From NCBI GenBank assembly GCA_028534125.1, contig CM052851.1, positions 49,662,001 through 49,726,000 on the forward strand: a stretch of DNA of 64,000 bases, written 5' to 3'. Each line of letters starts with the position of its first letter. Within the stretch, counting starts at the first letter, position 1. Shown here one piece after another: positions 1-13,699 of this stretch. The notes under the pieces are model-generated. The model did not search any database, was not told the DNA's origin, and was given only the letters and a program-made list of their open reading frames with translations. The position numbers and the translations under genes were made by a program. This DNA is from Lama glama. Its lineage: Eukaryota.

Positions 1-539
1 ATGAACAGTGAAAGGGCTGTTGACTATTTGAAGAAGCGGTAGACATAAAAAAGTCTTGGAATTCACAAAACAGATAAACATTGGATATAAATGTAAGTAT
101 CTTTTGAAACCAAATAATGAAACCATTCAAAGAAATCCCAGGAGTCTCCAAACACTCAGGAGCCCTTAAAAATTGGGTTGTAGAAAGATAATGGTATGCA
201 CACTACACCATTTGTTTTCTAGCACGAAGACTGCACATCTCAGTTTTCCTCCTCCATCTTGAGAACCATAGAAGATGAAAGAAACTTACAATATGAAAAT
301 TTGTGAAAAAAAACAATTGCTTTGGAGTTTTAAACCTGTGGGTGTGCAAAGGAGATGTCTTATCATCAGTAGAAGAAATGTGCTTCCAGGCAGAATTATA
401 GGATTTATACTGTAACAATAGAAAAGATCTTAGAATAGATAAGGCAAGTTCCCTAAATTACTTACCCAGCATTAAATAATATCTTTATTGATACTTTATT
501 ATCTCATTTTCCATATTGAATTAGTTCTCAAAATTGTTG

Positions 540-772
540 TTACTTAAATAATAGGAAGCTGATTGCTTTCATAGAACTTCTATTCTAGTAGTGTAGTACA
601 TACATAATATAAAATAAATTAATGCAGAGCAGATGAGCAAGCGTTAATTGTTAAAGATAAAAGATAAAGATAAAGATAACAATGGAAGCAAGGAGGGGTG
701 TCAGGAAAGGGATAGGTAGTCAAAATTTTGTATAAGGCTGTCTGGGAAATCTGCACACTGAGGTTGACTTCT
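540..772 (-). mobile_element. L2 LINE fragment, 3' part, interrupted by L1; resumes at ~4452
   Basis: Degenerate antisense L2-type sequence (ctttcatagaacttctattctag...gggaaatctgcacactgaggttgac) that continues after the L1. Confidence 0.5.
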
Positions 773-3700
773 CATGATTAATTATATTGAATTATAATTT
801 ATATACACTGAAGTGTGCATATTAAGTGCACCATTTAGTAAAGGCTGACAATGTGTATGTATCCTTATTAGCACCACTATAGTCAACCTATAGAGCATCT
901 CCACTACCCTAAAAACTTTCCTATGTCCTGTTCCCAGTGAGCCCTGATCTGGGGACTCCAGGAAACCACTAATCTGCTTTCTGACACTATACATTAGATT
1001 TTCCCCTTCTAAAATTTGACATAAACAGAATCTTATAGCACATAGTCTTCTGTATCTGACTTCTTCAGCTCAGCATATTGTTTATATGATTTAAGGGATT
1101 CATCTATATTATTGTGTTCATCAATTTGACCCTATTTATTTATCTTTAAAATATACTTTTATTTATTTTAATTTAAGGAATTTACTACACTCAGTTATTA
1201 TATTCAACTCATTGGACATTTGGGTTCTTTCCACTTTTTACTATTATAACTTTGTGTATTACTTATTACTAATATGAAAATTTGTGTACACATCTACCAA
1301 CAGGTGTATGCTTTCACTTCTAGTGAGTTACTATCTAGAACTGTCGGGGCATATGGAAGGTGTTGGTTTAACTTTACAAAGGGAACTACCAAACTTTTTC
1401 AAAGTGACTATAATGATATAGTCTCCCAGTAACAATGCATGCAAGATCGAATTGCTTCAACACATAGTGTTGTCAGTGTTTTGTTCCGGTGTTTTAATGT
1501 ACGTTTCTTGGAAGTTGAATGATGCTGAGCGTGTTTCTTAATGGTGTCCTTTGAAGAGCACAATATTGCTTTTTCTTGAATGTTCCATGCTTTTTATGCC
1601 CTGTCTAAGAAACCTTTGCCTATCTCTAGGTCATGAAGACTTTCTCCTATGTTTTCTTATGGATGTTTTATAATATATTAGCATTTATATTTAGGTCCAC
1701 AATCCTGTTAGATTTTTTTATATATATAATATAAGCTAGGAGTCAAGATACATTTTTTTCTATATGGAAATCTGGTTGTTCTAGTGCTGTTTGTTGAAAA
1801 AACTTATCATTTCCCCCATTGCATTACCTTGGCACTCCTGGAAAAAACTAGTTGACCATTTATGCGTAGTCTATTTATGGACTCTATTCTTTTCCATTGA
1901 TTACCTATCCCAAAACCAATACCATATTGTCTTGATTACTATAGACTTAGAATAAACTTTAAAATCTTGAAGTTGGGTAATGTAAGCCCTCCAACTTCGT
2001 TTTTCTCCCTTGTGGGTTTTTTGTTTGTTTTGTTTTGTCTTTTTGCTTTTCCACATACATATTTTAGAATAATCTTGTCTTCTTCTACAAACAATTCCTA
2101 TTGGGACTTTTATGGGAATTGTGTTTTCTAATTATCAATTGATAACGCAGAAAAATAAAATAAAAATTTTACATATTGACTGTGTCTCCTGAGATATTGC
2201 TAATTTCACTTACTATTTAAAATATATTTCTTTATATATTATGTAGTTTTTTATGCTCATTTATCTGCAGATAAGCATTACTTTATTTACTCCTTACCAA
2301 TCCTACAAACTCTATGCTTTTTGTTTGTTTATTTTAATATTATTGCCCTGATTAGAACCTCCAGTACAAAGTAGATGGGAAATACTTACTCTTTGTTCCT
2401 TATCTTAAGGGAAACTATTCACTCTTTTATTAAGTATGATATTGGATATAGATTTTTTATAGATACCCTTGAGATAGTTTTATAATAAATAGGAGTTTAA
2501 TATTGTCAAACAGTTCTTCTGAATCTATTAAAATGATCACATTTTCTTTTTTATCTTGGAATTAATTATACTGATTGATTTTCAAATGTTAAACTAATTT
2601 TGTTTTTATGAGATAAACTCCAGTTGGTCAGAGTATCTTACTACATGTTGTAAGTTGCTCAGTTTAATCTGCTAATACTTTGTTATGAATTTTTATGTCT
2701 ATACTACAGAGTGATTTGGTTTGGTAGTTTTACTTTTGCATGCTATCTTTGTCCAGCTTTGTCATTAGGGTAACACTCATTTTAAAAAATTAGGTGACAA
2801 GTGTCTCTTTTATCTTTTTCAGTATAGTTGGCAGTATTGGTGGTGCTTCTTTCTTAAATATATGATAAAGTAGACTAATGTGGATATCTGGGCCTACAGT
2901 TTTCTTTACAGGAAATTATTTACTTTTTTCAGTTTTTTGTTACAGGGGAGTATTTACTGTTTTTCAATTGTTGGTTCAGTAACTTGATTTTGATGGATTA
3001 TTTCAACTACAAAGACAGATTTCAGGTAGTAAGTCAGCATTAATTATTTTTCTTTGTTTTTATATTCATAATGTGTATTTTTTAATCTGGCTAGTTTTTT
3101 TTTTTATTTTGTTTTTCTTTTCCTTTATGACTGGCTTTCAGCAATTTGACTATTGTATACCTTGTTCTGTTTATGAGTATCCTGCTGTGCTTTCTTGAAC
3201 TTTTTGTACCCATTGTTTTATAGTTTTCTTGAAATTTGGAAAATATTTCAACCATATTTTCTTCAAGGACTCTCACTTAGCCCCAAGCCCCCACCATTTT
3301 CTTGTGAATCTCAAATGTTACATTCCTTGATACCACAGGCCACTGAGGCTCAGTTTATTTTATTTATTTTTCAGTCATATGTATGTATATATATGTATAT
3401 ATACATACATACATGTGCTTAACTTTGGGTAGTTTCCATTGCTATGCCTTCAAGTTTACTGATCCTTCTTCTGCTGTGTCTAATCTGATATTAATCCCAT
3501 CAATGCTCTTCAGCTTCCCCCCAGCCTTTGGAAATCTTTACTTCTGTAAGTAGAGATTTCATTTGAGTCTATTTTATATCTTTTATTTCTTTCCTCATTC
3601 TATGCATAATTTCCTCTAAATTCTACATAACCATAGTAGCTACTTTAACATTCTTTGGTACTATCATCTATGTCATTTTTGATCTTCTTTATTGACTTTA

Positions 3701-4451
3701 TTCTCTTCTTTTAAATAATACTACATTTTGTTCTAACAGAAGTTAAACCTGTGGATCAGCTTAATTATCTCAGGCTTGTTATAACAGGTTTAGAGTAGCT
3801 TTTATTCTATGGCTAGTTCAGCACTACTATAAGGGTACGACCCTCTGGTGTCTTTGATGAATCTTCCAGGCATTTAACAAGGACTTTCTTCTGCCTTCTT
3901 AGAACATGAATGCCTCCCAACCATGTTTAGTTTACGATTCCTTGCTTGTTCCTTGCCATTCTTACGGAGTTTAAATCTATGCATGTATATTACTAAGTGT
4001 AGTAATCCTGTATTTGTCTAATAATGTGTGTAGTATTCAGCCAGAGTCAAGGGACTTCTAAGTAGAGTTCTGCTGCTTTTTTGGACAGCTTGCCTTTTTC
4101 TCCTTTTTTTTTTAAGGCATGCTACCTCTCAAACTGCTGTTGCCATTGTTTCTCCAACTTCTGATCTCTATCTTTTCAACTTATATAAACCACTGCACTT
4201 TTCTTGGGATTCCTCTCCTTGCACCTTTGTGTAGAAAATGCCTCAGACAGAGTGCTAACAAAATTGTAAAACTCACCTTTTCTGTTTCTTTTCTCTTAGG
4301 GACCACAGTCCTTTCCTTTTGATCTTGTCTGAAAACAGGTCTTTTTTTTTTTTCCTATGAAAAAGATATTTGGTCTCATTTTCTATTCATTATTTGTAAG
4401 AGAATAAATCTGGTCCCAGATGCTCCATAGTTTCAAAAGCAGAAGTCCCAA
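773..4451 (-). mobile_element. Ancient L1M LINE with both ends retained and an internal deletion
   Basis: L1M 3' UTR-type sequence from ~780 and antisense ORF2 remnant to ~2950. The ORF1p remnant at 3091-3276 reads VLEENMVEIFSKF...YTIVKLLKASHKGK. An L1M-like 5' end (minus TGGGACTTCTGC) lies at 4450. Flanking repeat GAGGTTGACTTCT (760-772) / GAAGTTGACTTTT (4452-4464). Confidence 0.8.
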
Positions 4452-4850
4452 GAAGTTGACTTTTAAGTAAAGAGCTGGAGGAGGTGAAGGAGCTAACAAT
4501 GTAGATATCTGGAGAACGAGATTTATGTGACTAATAGAAACTAGAGCAATGGATCTAAGGTATCTGTGTGCCTGACAAGTTTAAGAAACAACAAGGAAGG
4601 CAGAAGAAGTGAGAGAGAAGAATATCAAGAATTGGGATCAGAGACTGAATTGGGGTGAAATCATGGAAAAATTTATAGATTACAATAGGGACTTTTGTTT
4701 TACGTTCAATGAGATGAAAAATCTGAAGTGGGGCAATGGCAAAAACAGAGACCTAAGTCAGGAGGCTACTGAAATAACCCAGGAAATGCAAAATGATGAG
4801 AAGGAACAGGGTACTTGACTGTCACTTACTGGTTATGAGAATTGGCATAT
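4452..4850 (-). mobile_element. L2 LINE fragment (continuation)
   Basis: aagagctggaggaggtgaaggagc...gtttaagaaacaacaaggaaggc...aggaggctactgaaataacccagg, typical antisense L2. Confidence 0.6.
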
Positions 4851-5564
4851 TTTAAGATATTTAGAAAATGTTTGGGATGCATATGCAACACAATTCTATG
4901 ACCTTGCAAACAACACAAAGCAAAGCAAAATCATGCTTTTGTTTCTCTATAAGAGAAGGGATTTAATTCCCTATGTAACCTTAAAATAAAAACAAACCAA
5001 CAGCAACAACAACAGAATGAGCTCATCTAGAGAGTGTGCTACATTCAGGATCCTCTCTCATCAGCCTATTTTTTCTCTTTCTTCCACCATCAGCCCAGTG
5101 TTGCTTCAGGGAAAAATTTTTTTCTGATAAAAGTTTTCCTACAAAATTTCTATTTGGATTAATTCTAAATGTACAAGATTAGAGCTTAAAACAATTTTCA
5201 GCTCATCTGTTCCTTTGAGCTTGTAGAGTTAAACCATCAGTCAAAGGGCCACTATAGCAACCTGAGCTCCAAGAGGACAGAACGAGAGCAGAACTTCTCC
5301 GTAAGTAGCAAGGACTATAGCCAGAGGAATAAGACAAGTGGAAATCCATTAGAATTGAGGATGAAATGCCAGTGTGAACAAATATAAAAACAGTGTCCAA
5401 GGGACCAATGTCAGATGCTTCACTTAAGAATGTGAGTTGGGAAGAAATCTTAATGAAAGAAAGAGGGGGTATTAGCTAATAAACAAGTTCAATCTGAGGT
5501 CATGGGAGCAATTGTTGGTAATAACCTATAGGCAGTCACTGTTTTAGGGGATATATGCCTTCTT

Positions 5565-5604
5565 GTGTGTGTGAGTATATGTGTGTGTGCGCGCGTGCGT
5601 GCGT

Positions 5605-5636
<32 letters not shown>
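5565..5636. repeat. Compound (TG)n/(CG)n microsatellite
   Basis: Largely alternating purine-pyrimidine run read directly. Confidence 0.95.
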
Positions 5637-5985
5637 ATGACTATGTGGGTATAAGTTGCTCTGGCTTAAAGTACCAGAAGCAGGACTCATATCAGACATA
5701 AAAAAGATAAAAGTACATTCCTGGTGGATAATGCATTAATGAATATTTAAATAGAATGCACCCCAAGGAGCAAAATCATACACTTTTCACAACGTACAAT
5801 GTGGCAAGATGTGTTTCTATAGTAGAGTTATACATATCCAATACAGCACACAGGCAAAACTCAGTGTAAACGGGTAGTGCGCGCATGCAAACATCTAAAA
5901 CGGACTTCTTCATGGAACCACGGATAGGTGGGAGTAGTAATCCACCCCCTGCTGCTTTTCTGATTTGTTCCTAAGCTCATTAGAT

Positions 5986-6133
5986 NNNNNNNNNNNNNNN
6001 NNNNNNNNNNNNNNNNNNNNNNNNNNNNNNNNNNNNNNNNNNNNNNNNNNNNNNNNNNNNNNNNNNNNNNNNNNNNNNNNNNNNNNNNNNNNNNNNNNNN
6101 NNNNNNNNNNNNNNNNNNNNNNNNNNNNNNNNN
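5986..6133. other. Assembly gap (148 N)
   Basis: N run. Confidence 1.
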
Positions 6134-6792
6134 GCTAAGCTAAGTATATTCAGTTTAGCAAGTAGCTGCCAGTGGAAACTTCTATATCCCTCCACACGCA
6201 GCCTTAGGCCCCTCCTGGGGATGACAAGGCCATTTTTTTTTTTTAAAGGAAAAATCTTGACAAACCATCTTGCAACAGACTCTGGTGCAGCCAACATAGA
6301 AATGGATAATCTCAGATGATGGCAATTGGAGCCATGAACAGTTTAATTTCATGATTAGGACACATATAAATATGTATATTCTGCCTTCTGAAACTAACAT
6401 ATATGATAAAATAGGCTTTGAATTCTGGGTTCTTGATTTTAGCTGTTTGTAGTTTATGATTATTGTTTCTGTTTTTATTAAAAGTTAATTTCTGTAAAGA
6501 AATATTATTCCTGCTCTCTCTTAGAAAATCTAATTCCTGGGATGAGGCTCGGTAATCAGTCTTCTACCACTATCTCAGTTTTCCTGAGGCATTCTCAAGA
6601 AAGAGTCACTGCCCAAACTGCTCTCTCTGCCTCCAAACTGTTCCATCACAGTCCACCCCCAACTCTGACAACAGAACAGCCCATCAAATCTAAATTCAAT
6701 CATATTAATCCTTCATTCAAACATTTTATTGTATTCTATACAGAATCAATTCAAAACACTTGTGATGGCTATCTGCAAAGCTCTACGGGTTT

Positions 6793-6794
<2 letters not shown>

Positions 6795-6830
<36 letters not shown>
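6795..6830. repeat. (GAT)12 microsatellite
   Basis: Perfect trinucleotide run; explains the poly-D in ORF 6729-6932. Confidence 0.95.
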
Positions 6831-7249
6831 ACAATCATTATCATTATGGTTAATTATGGTAGTACTAAGAGGAAGCCTAACACACAGGCATGTGTATTAA
6901 AAAAATTGTTGCCTCTTTGTTTGTTTAAATAGCAATGATAATAGATTGAGTGGTGATTAGGAAACCTGAAACTCAGAGAGAAAGGAAGTATCTAGATGTT
7001 ATATCTGTCTATCTGAATCTGCATTTGTTTCCCTGAAAAGTGTACTGACCCCAAAGTTGTGCCTATAATAATCACACACCACTTAGATAGATAGGGATAC
7101 ATCATATATTTTTATTATACAAGAAATATTTGAGTATATTATTAAAAAAAACAAATGACAGAAAGGTGTAGAGCTTCCTGAAAGGCTACTTGGAGCTTGG
7201 CCAATCACTCCACTCTTCTTAGAAGAAATAAGAATTAAGAGCGTCCTTA

Positions 7250-8130
7250 TGTATTTCCAGATTTTTTTAAATTCACGTGGGTAAACATATATGCTAGAAA
7301 TGTATTTGGCTTCCTGGGCATCAATTTTTTAAAATGTTTTTACATACAGGAAATCATGTCATTTTCTATTTCATTTCTTTAGTTAATATAATTGTGTGGG
7401 GGGGTATATTTTAGAAGGATATATACACACACACATATATATATACACATGTGTACCTTCACCTTTTAACACAAGGATAATATTTTATGGTGTGAAATAC
7501 CAAAAGCTATTTAACTGCTCTCTTACTGGTTGGATACTAAGACTGTTTCCAACTACTTAGCACTACACACAGTATTGTAATAAAAATCGTTTTACAGCTA
7601 TTTTTATTTACATTACACCTTTAAAAATATTTAAATTTCTTCCATATCTGTAGTGATGCCCCCTTTCTTATTCCCAATTTTATTTAAATTCTCTCTTACA
7701 CTCTTTCTCTCAGTCTCCCTTCCCTTTCTCTCTTTCGTTTTCTTTCAATACTTGAACTTAACAAAGATTCTCTGTTTCATCATTTATTTCAAAATACTAA
7801 TTTAAATCATAAATCAAATCTCCTTGCTTTTATTTTCTTTGTTTTTTTTTCCCCTAATACTTTGAGTTTGGAATTTCGTTATAATTTACCCTGTTTTCTT
7901 TCTAATAATTTCATTTAAGTCTGTATGCTTTTATTTGATTATTACCAAAAACATGTGTAGTGAGTTGATTGTTTTCCACTTTTAAATAGTTGGCAATTTC
8001 GGTTGTAGCTTTCTTTTAAAGTTTGTTTTGTACCCAATTATTGTGAAGGGTTTGGGAAGAAAAAAATAAAATTTGTTGATTTTTGTTTTTCTGGGCATTT
8101 TCTTATTGATTTCTAATGTTCTAAGCAAAA
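7250..8130 (-). mobile_element. Highly degraded L1ME-type fragments
   Basis: T-rich antisense L1 motifs (gactgtttccaact; atatctgtagtgatgccccctttcttattcc). Confidence 0.45.
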
Positions 8131-8424
8131 ACCAATTCTCACGCTAGAGAACATAACAGAGAATCCCAATTTGTGACTCCCCCTCCAAACACACAAAGAA
8201 CCAAAAAGCTCTACTGAAGATAAAGAATGTTTGCTAAGACCTAACTCATCCTATGGGACACTAATAGATAGATCTTCACCTCGAGGTCAGTTTTGCCTGC
8301 TAGATTACAGGCACTTTCTATTTCATTTTGAGCAGAGCTGTGGATTACAATTAACCTTAAATCTGGGCAGGATGATGTGAATGTAAGTGTGCATTTGTGG
8401 AATATTACATATGAGAAAATTTTG

Positions 8425-8885
8425 TTATTCTTTCAACAAACATTTGCTTAGAGCCTATAATGTACAAGGTGTGTTTCTAGACACTTGGGCTTCATTAGTG
8501 GAAATGCTTGGCCATGAAGAGTTTACGTTTCATTAGGAAAATCAGACAATACATAATAAATAGAATATATACATTATAAGATATTTTTGAAAGCCATAAG
8601 TACTATGAATTAAATAAGAGTAAGTAAGAAGGACTGGATTTCTTAACCATGATTTAGAAATAAGGCAGTCAGGGTAGCATTGAGCATTGAGGAGGAAGAT
8701 ACCTGAAGAAAGGAATCTGAGGCAGAAAGAAAAGAAATTCCAAAGGCCCTGTAGTGGGGAGCATTTTGGAGGCCTAAGTAGCAAACCAGAGGGCTGTGAG
8801 AACTGAGTGGGGCAGGGAGCTATGGGAGGTGAGATCAGGGTTTAAGGGGAGGTGGTGAGATCCTGTAAAGCCTTTGTAGGTCATG
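8425..8885 (-). mobile_element. L2 LINE 3' fragment
   Basis: ttctttcaacaaacatttgcttagagcctataatgtacaagg...ccaaaggccctgtagtggg. Confidence 0.7.
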
Positions 8886-10389
8886 AAAACTGGTGATCCA
8901 TTAATACTTTAAAAACTAAAATTTTTCCTGAAAGCATTTTGGCCCATGTCTTCCTTCCTTGGGTTGAAATTGTAAAAATATCTTTAATAATAAATCAAGA
9001 ATGTCCATGATTGGTCACAATCTACCCCTGTGGTCTGGGTTTTACTCCTGTCCCTTGAGTTCCCTGGAAGCAGAGAATGATGAACTTCTGCAGATTCACA
9101 AATACAAACTTGCAGCTGTACCAACATACCCAGGTGTTTAGAGAACGGTCTGATTTTGACCCTGAACGTTGTCCAGGGCTATGGGTACCATTTCACCTTC
9201 TTCTTTGTCTCCCCATCATTGCAGCTTCTCTTGTAATGTAACCATCTGAAGCTGCCACAGACTTCTGAAGTGGTGTCAGTCATCAATTTAGCCTTTTAAT
9301 TGAGCACGGACAATGCCTAGTTTCCAGAAGTCCTACTGCAGACAACTATTGATTTGCTTTTCAGTTTAGCATTTGTGCAATGTACCAGATGGACAGTCAC
9401 AGAAACTTCAGTCTTTTTTTTTTTAACTTTCTCCCATGGATACTACCCTGCTCGAGTCTCAGCGAATACTCCCATCTTTCCTCAATCCAGAACATATGTG
9501 ATCTATTCTAGATGAAACAAGGTATTTGCAATTACAAAAATAAAATAAGTAAATAAAACAATGGATTAAGATCAGATGCCAGGGACAGCAGATGAGAGTG
9601 ACAGCCCCACGACTTCAGGAATTATGACTCTTCTGTCTACTACAATATACAAATGCTTCCACAGAAATTCATTAAATATTTGTGGAATAAATGAATACAT
9701 GGAAAGTAGACATGTTTTGCAATAAGAGAAATGACCATTAGAAAGTAGAGTAATTTTCCACTTACTAATGCTGTGTCCTTGTCCGCTGCACAGAACTTCT
9801 GTAAAACGGGCATAATGGTACCTGTTCATTGTTATTGCAATCACAAAAATAAATAATTGATTACAAGGAGAAGCCACCTGGCACACACTTGGCCCTTACA
9901 TTTTACTTTAATCACTTCTCAAGCCCCGCCATTGTTTCCCCGAAAACACACCCATATACGACTGTCGGCACAATTCTGTGTATGTATGAAATCTTTTCCT
10001 AAGCTCCTCAGATTCGCCTGTTGGCATCTGTTTATTGTTCAAGGCCTGCATCCTGAGGACAGTCCCACTAGCCCCTGTCTTCTCAGTATGCCTAGAACTT
10101 CACTTGCAGCTGCCTGTGTCTCCTGTTGCCTTCTGAATGTGAAAATCTGCATAGGCAAAGAATTTCAGCAGACTTCCCATGGGAACTTCTTTCCCTGAGT
10201 CAGCAACATTTTTAAAAAAATGTTGAATTAAATTCATTCTGTAAAATCACTTGTGTGGCTTCAGCTTTCAGACCACCAGGATTCTTGTACATTGCACACT
10301 GCTATCCCAGCCTTTCCTAGTCCAGACTCAGCCTTCCCTAACAAGGTGAGGGAGAACATGGAGGGTGCTCTGCAACGTGAACATTTACT

Positions 10390-10560
10390 TTTGGGACTGT
10401 CACTCCTGGGTGAGTTACTTCAACTCACTCTCCCTCAATTTCTTCTCCTTTATAATGAGGCAAAAACTGAACCTAATTCACAGAGTTGCTGTGCGGACTG
10501 TGTAAGTCAATACACGTGAAGTACTCTGAACCATTCCTGGCCCCTAGTGAACATTCATGT
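10390..10560 (+). mobile_element. MIR SINE
   Basis: MIR core: ctgggtgagttacttcaac...cctcaatttcttctcctttataatgagg...cacagagttgctgtg. Confidence 0.7.
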
Positions 10561-10964
10561 ACTATTATTGTCGTCATGATTAAACTTATTTGCTATTATC
10601 TTCACACTGGGGAGAGCCAATACATTTTTAAAAGTATTTGATTGTACTCTATCTTTATTACAGTTAAAGTGATCTTGACTTGTAGTTCTCTATAAATAGA
10701 AATTACCAGTATTTGGCCAAGATGGAACAATCAGGAAGTATTTCTTGAACAGGTCAATGCCAAGGCTAACGTGGTCTGACTTTCTATCCATTCTTCTGTC
10801 CCCATTTCCTGCCTTTGTCCATTTGTGCCCTGCTCTTCAGGCCTCACTTCCATCATCAGTTTTGTTCACCTGGTCCCTTCCTAACTGCAGTACAAAATTT
10901 GATTCAAGGCACTTTCACAGGTGAGCCTCTCTTGGCCAACTGTACTTACCCAGTGACATTTTAT

Positions 10965-11200
10965 ACTATAGCAGAGGGGTCAGGGTTTGGGCTCTGGCAG
11001 TAAGCAGAGCAAGGCACCCTCCTGGCTCAGCCATGTGTCATGCACATGCAGTGGTCTAAGTGACTTAACATCTCCAAGTCTTACATCTCAGTTCCTCCAT
11101 GTGCATCCACTTCTCAGGGTTGGTGTGAAGATCTATTGAAAGACTGTATCTATGTGCTCAACACAGTGTCTGCACAGGGAATACAGCTTTATAAATATTG
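10965..11200 (+). mobile_element. MIR SINE
   Basis: aagtgacttaacatctcc...ctcagggttggtgtgaagat...gtgctcaacacagtgtct. Confidence 0.6.
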
Positions 11201-11435
11201 GCCATTTTATAGTCATTTTAATTGACATATTTCTTGACTTTCATAATATTTTCCACTTTGCATTATAATCATCTATAACTTTATCAGTATGTGCTACCAC
11301 CCTAATTCTGTCAGGCAGTAGGCCCTCTGTAAACAGTTATTGAAAGAAAAAAGAAAAAATGTACTCCCAGAGGGCAGAGTATACCCCAGCTCTGCAAAAC
11401 CAAATTGGCAATGCCAAGCACAGAGACCCCTGAAG

Positions 11436-11630
11436 TAGGGTTGCCAAATTTAGCAAATGAAAATTCAGAGACCCAAGTGAATTTGAACTTTAGTCAGAAA
11501 CAATTTTTAGTAAAAGCATGTTCCATGCAACATTTGAGATATACTTATTCTAGGACTTCATTATTTATCTGATGAATTTATCTGCAATTCAAATTTAACT
11601 AAGTGCCCTGCATTTTATCTGGCAACCTCA
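11436..11630. mobile_element. MER53-like hAT MITE (palindromic)
   Basis: Termini TAGGGTTGCCA...TGGCAACCTCA, with inverted internal aatttgaa/ttcaaatt arms. Confidence 0.85.
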
Positions 11631-12274
11631 CTGTGAAGCTACTTTCAAATTCAGAAGTCTTTCTCTTCTCATGCCAATATTAAGAATAAGGACTCAAGTC
11701 CATCTATGGGACACCCAGTCAAGGTCATTATGAACATAAACTGGATGTAATTCTGTATTATTTATCTATATAATCTAGCTGTAGGTAAAACACTTATTTT
11801 GAAGTGACCACTACTATTAAATTGTGTTCTCTTCCTCTAAAGAATACACTAAGGTGGACAGTGGTGCCTTTCTTTTATTTCCATTGAGGTAATAATAAAT
11901 AATTGCATAAAAGTTTCTAAAATTACGGGAGGAATGGTAGACTGGTTCAGGGCAGTATTAACTCAGGCCTTCATTTGCCTCTTTTATTTGATCAGTTCTA
12001 GGGAAGAAGCAGAACTTGGGGGTCAGTCCTCACCACCCTAATTCATTTTATTTGGGTAGTTAATTAGCTGCCAGGTTCATATCCTTGACATCAGACACTT
12101 TCTTCAATATAATTTAGTACTTGCACATTTTCAGTCTGTAAATATCCAGCACAGGTTACTGCTACATGCACTGTAGAGGCTCTGTATGTTTCTTGTTCAA
12201 TTTTTTATCCCTTGCTCCTAGCAAAGGACTTGACACAGAGTTGGAGGTCAATATATAGTTGGTGAATAAACAAA

Positions 12275-12510
12275 TGGTTAAGAGCTTAGACTCTGGGGAC
12301 ACAAACCTAGATGCAGATTCAGACTCTATGACTTATTTGCTAGAGGGATGACCTTGCAAAGTTCCTTCTTCCCTCAAGATTTAGTTTGCTACCCTATAAA
12401 ATGTAGATGAAAATAGTAGCTGGGACATAGATATGCTTTGAGGATCACATGAACTCATGCACTTAAACAGCTTGACAGAGGGTCTGATATTATAGCAGGT
12501 GCTTTAAAAT
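12275..12510 (+). mobile_element. MIR SINE
   Basis: tggttaagagcttagactctgg...gaccttgcaaagtt...ctataaaatg. Confidence 0.75.
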
Positions 12511-13179
12511 GGAGTTCATATTATGTTACATGGCTGAATGCTACTGTAGGCAAAGTGTCAACAGAATCCCACCCTGGCTGCATGAGAACCTGACCTTGAG
12601 TTAATTCTCTAGCTCTGCTCCTCTGAAAAGGCTGATAAGAGCAAGAAAGTCAACATGTTTCTAGGCAACACAGCTAATGGTAAAAAGGACTCTGAACTGG
12701 GAAGAACTATAAACAAACAATAAATACCTCATGAGTACACGATGCTTGGGGATTCACTGAGTGTTGCATAAGGCGTGTAATGCATGAGTGTATCCCTTGT
12801 GGTGACTCCAGGAGCTAGTCCCATGGGATGTTAAAATGGATATTGGTTCTTCTGGGATACAGAGCTTCTATGCCAGAGCAGCCTTATGCCCATCAATCAT
12901 GTTTCCTTGTACCTGAAGTTGTCCTCTGGAAGTAAGACAGTTTCTGGGTGGCTGTGTGGCCTGCTGTCCAGATCACCACAAGAGGAAGACTTGACATGTC
13001 CCACCAGCAAGCTGAGCTCCCCTCCTCCCATCTTCTGAGCAGACTCCCAGTGGGGCCTACTGTAGCCTCAAGGGTGTAAGGCTCACTGAGGCCTAAGGAG
13101 ACACCGGTGGGTGTTCCAGCTCTCTCCAGTGGGGGGGCATCCCCAGAGAATTGCCCAATGATCTTGAAATCTTAGGACT

Positions 13180-13415
13180 AGACAGATCATACATGCCATC
13201 TTCTTCAACAATGTGCCCAATGTTGGAAGCTCTTCTATGATATTTGCAACAACTGGCCAGCTGACATCTTCTTCAGAACTTTCAACCACAGGAACAGCTA
13301 TAAGCTCCCCTGCTGACATCAGTTTTATCCTCCATTAATCTCTTCTTTTTTCAGCAGAAGTATGCCCGGTTTCCTCAACTATTCTCTGATGTCCTTGCCA
13401 TCTTTCTGTCCTTTT
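13180..13415 (-). mobile_element. CR1/L3 LINE 3' fragment (probable)
   Basis: Minus strand gagaatagttgaggaaaccgggcatacttctgctgaaaaaagaagagattaa...cttatagctgtt resembles the CR1 RT C-terminus (LxELGxFSLEKRRLRGDLIAV). Confidence 0.4.
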
Positions 13416-13699
13416 CCCCATACTAAGCATTGCATTAATCTTTCAGTGTAATTTCTCGAGCAGTTGGTACTATCTCTAACTCAGAGCAAAGGTATTCTTC
13501 TTGAAGTAGGGCTTATTTACTTCACATTATAAGAACAATAAACAATTACTATTTTATAACTTGGGAAAAGCAGAAAATGCATAGGAGAAAACAAAAACAC
13601 TAAAGCACATGCCAAAATACATATGTATACATGATACAAATGATGACAGTTAATAAAATACACCAGCAACGCAGTGCTGTACTTGAAATCATCCTTTGA

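Noticed and set aside
3091-3276. 61-aa ORF as a host gene
   Set aside because: It is a decayed L1 ORF1p fragment.
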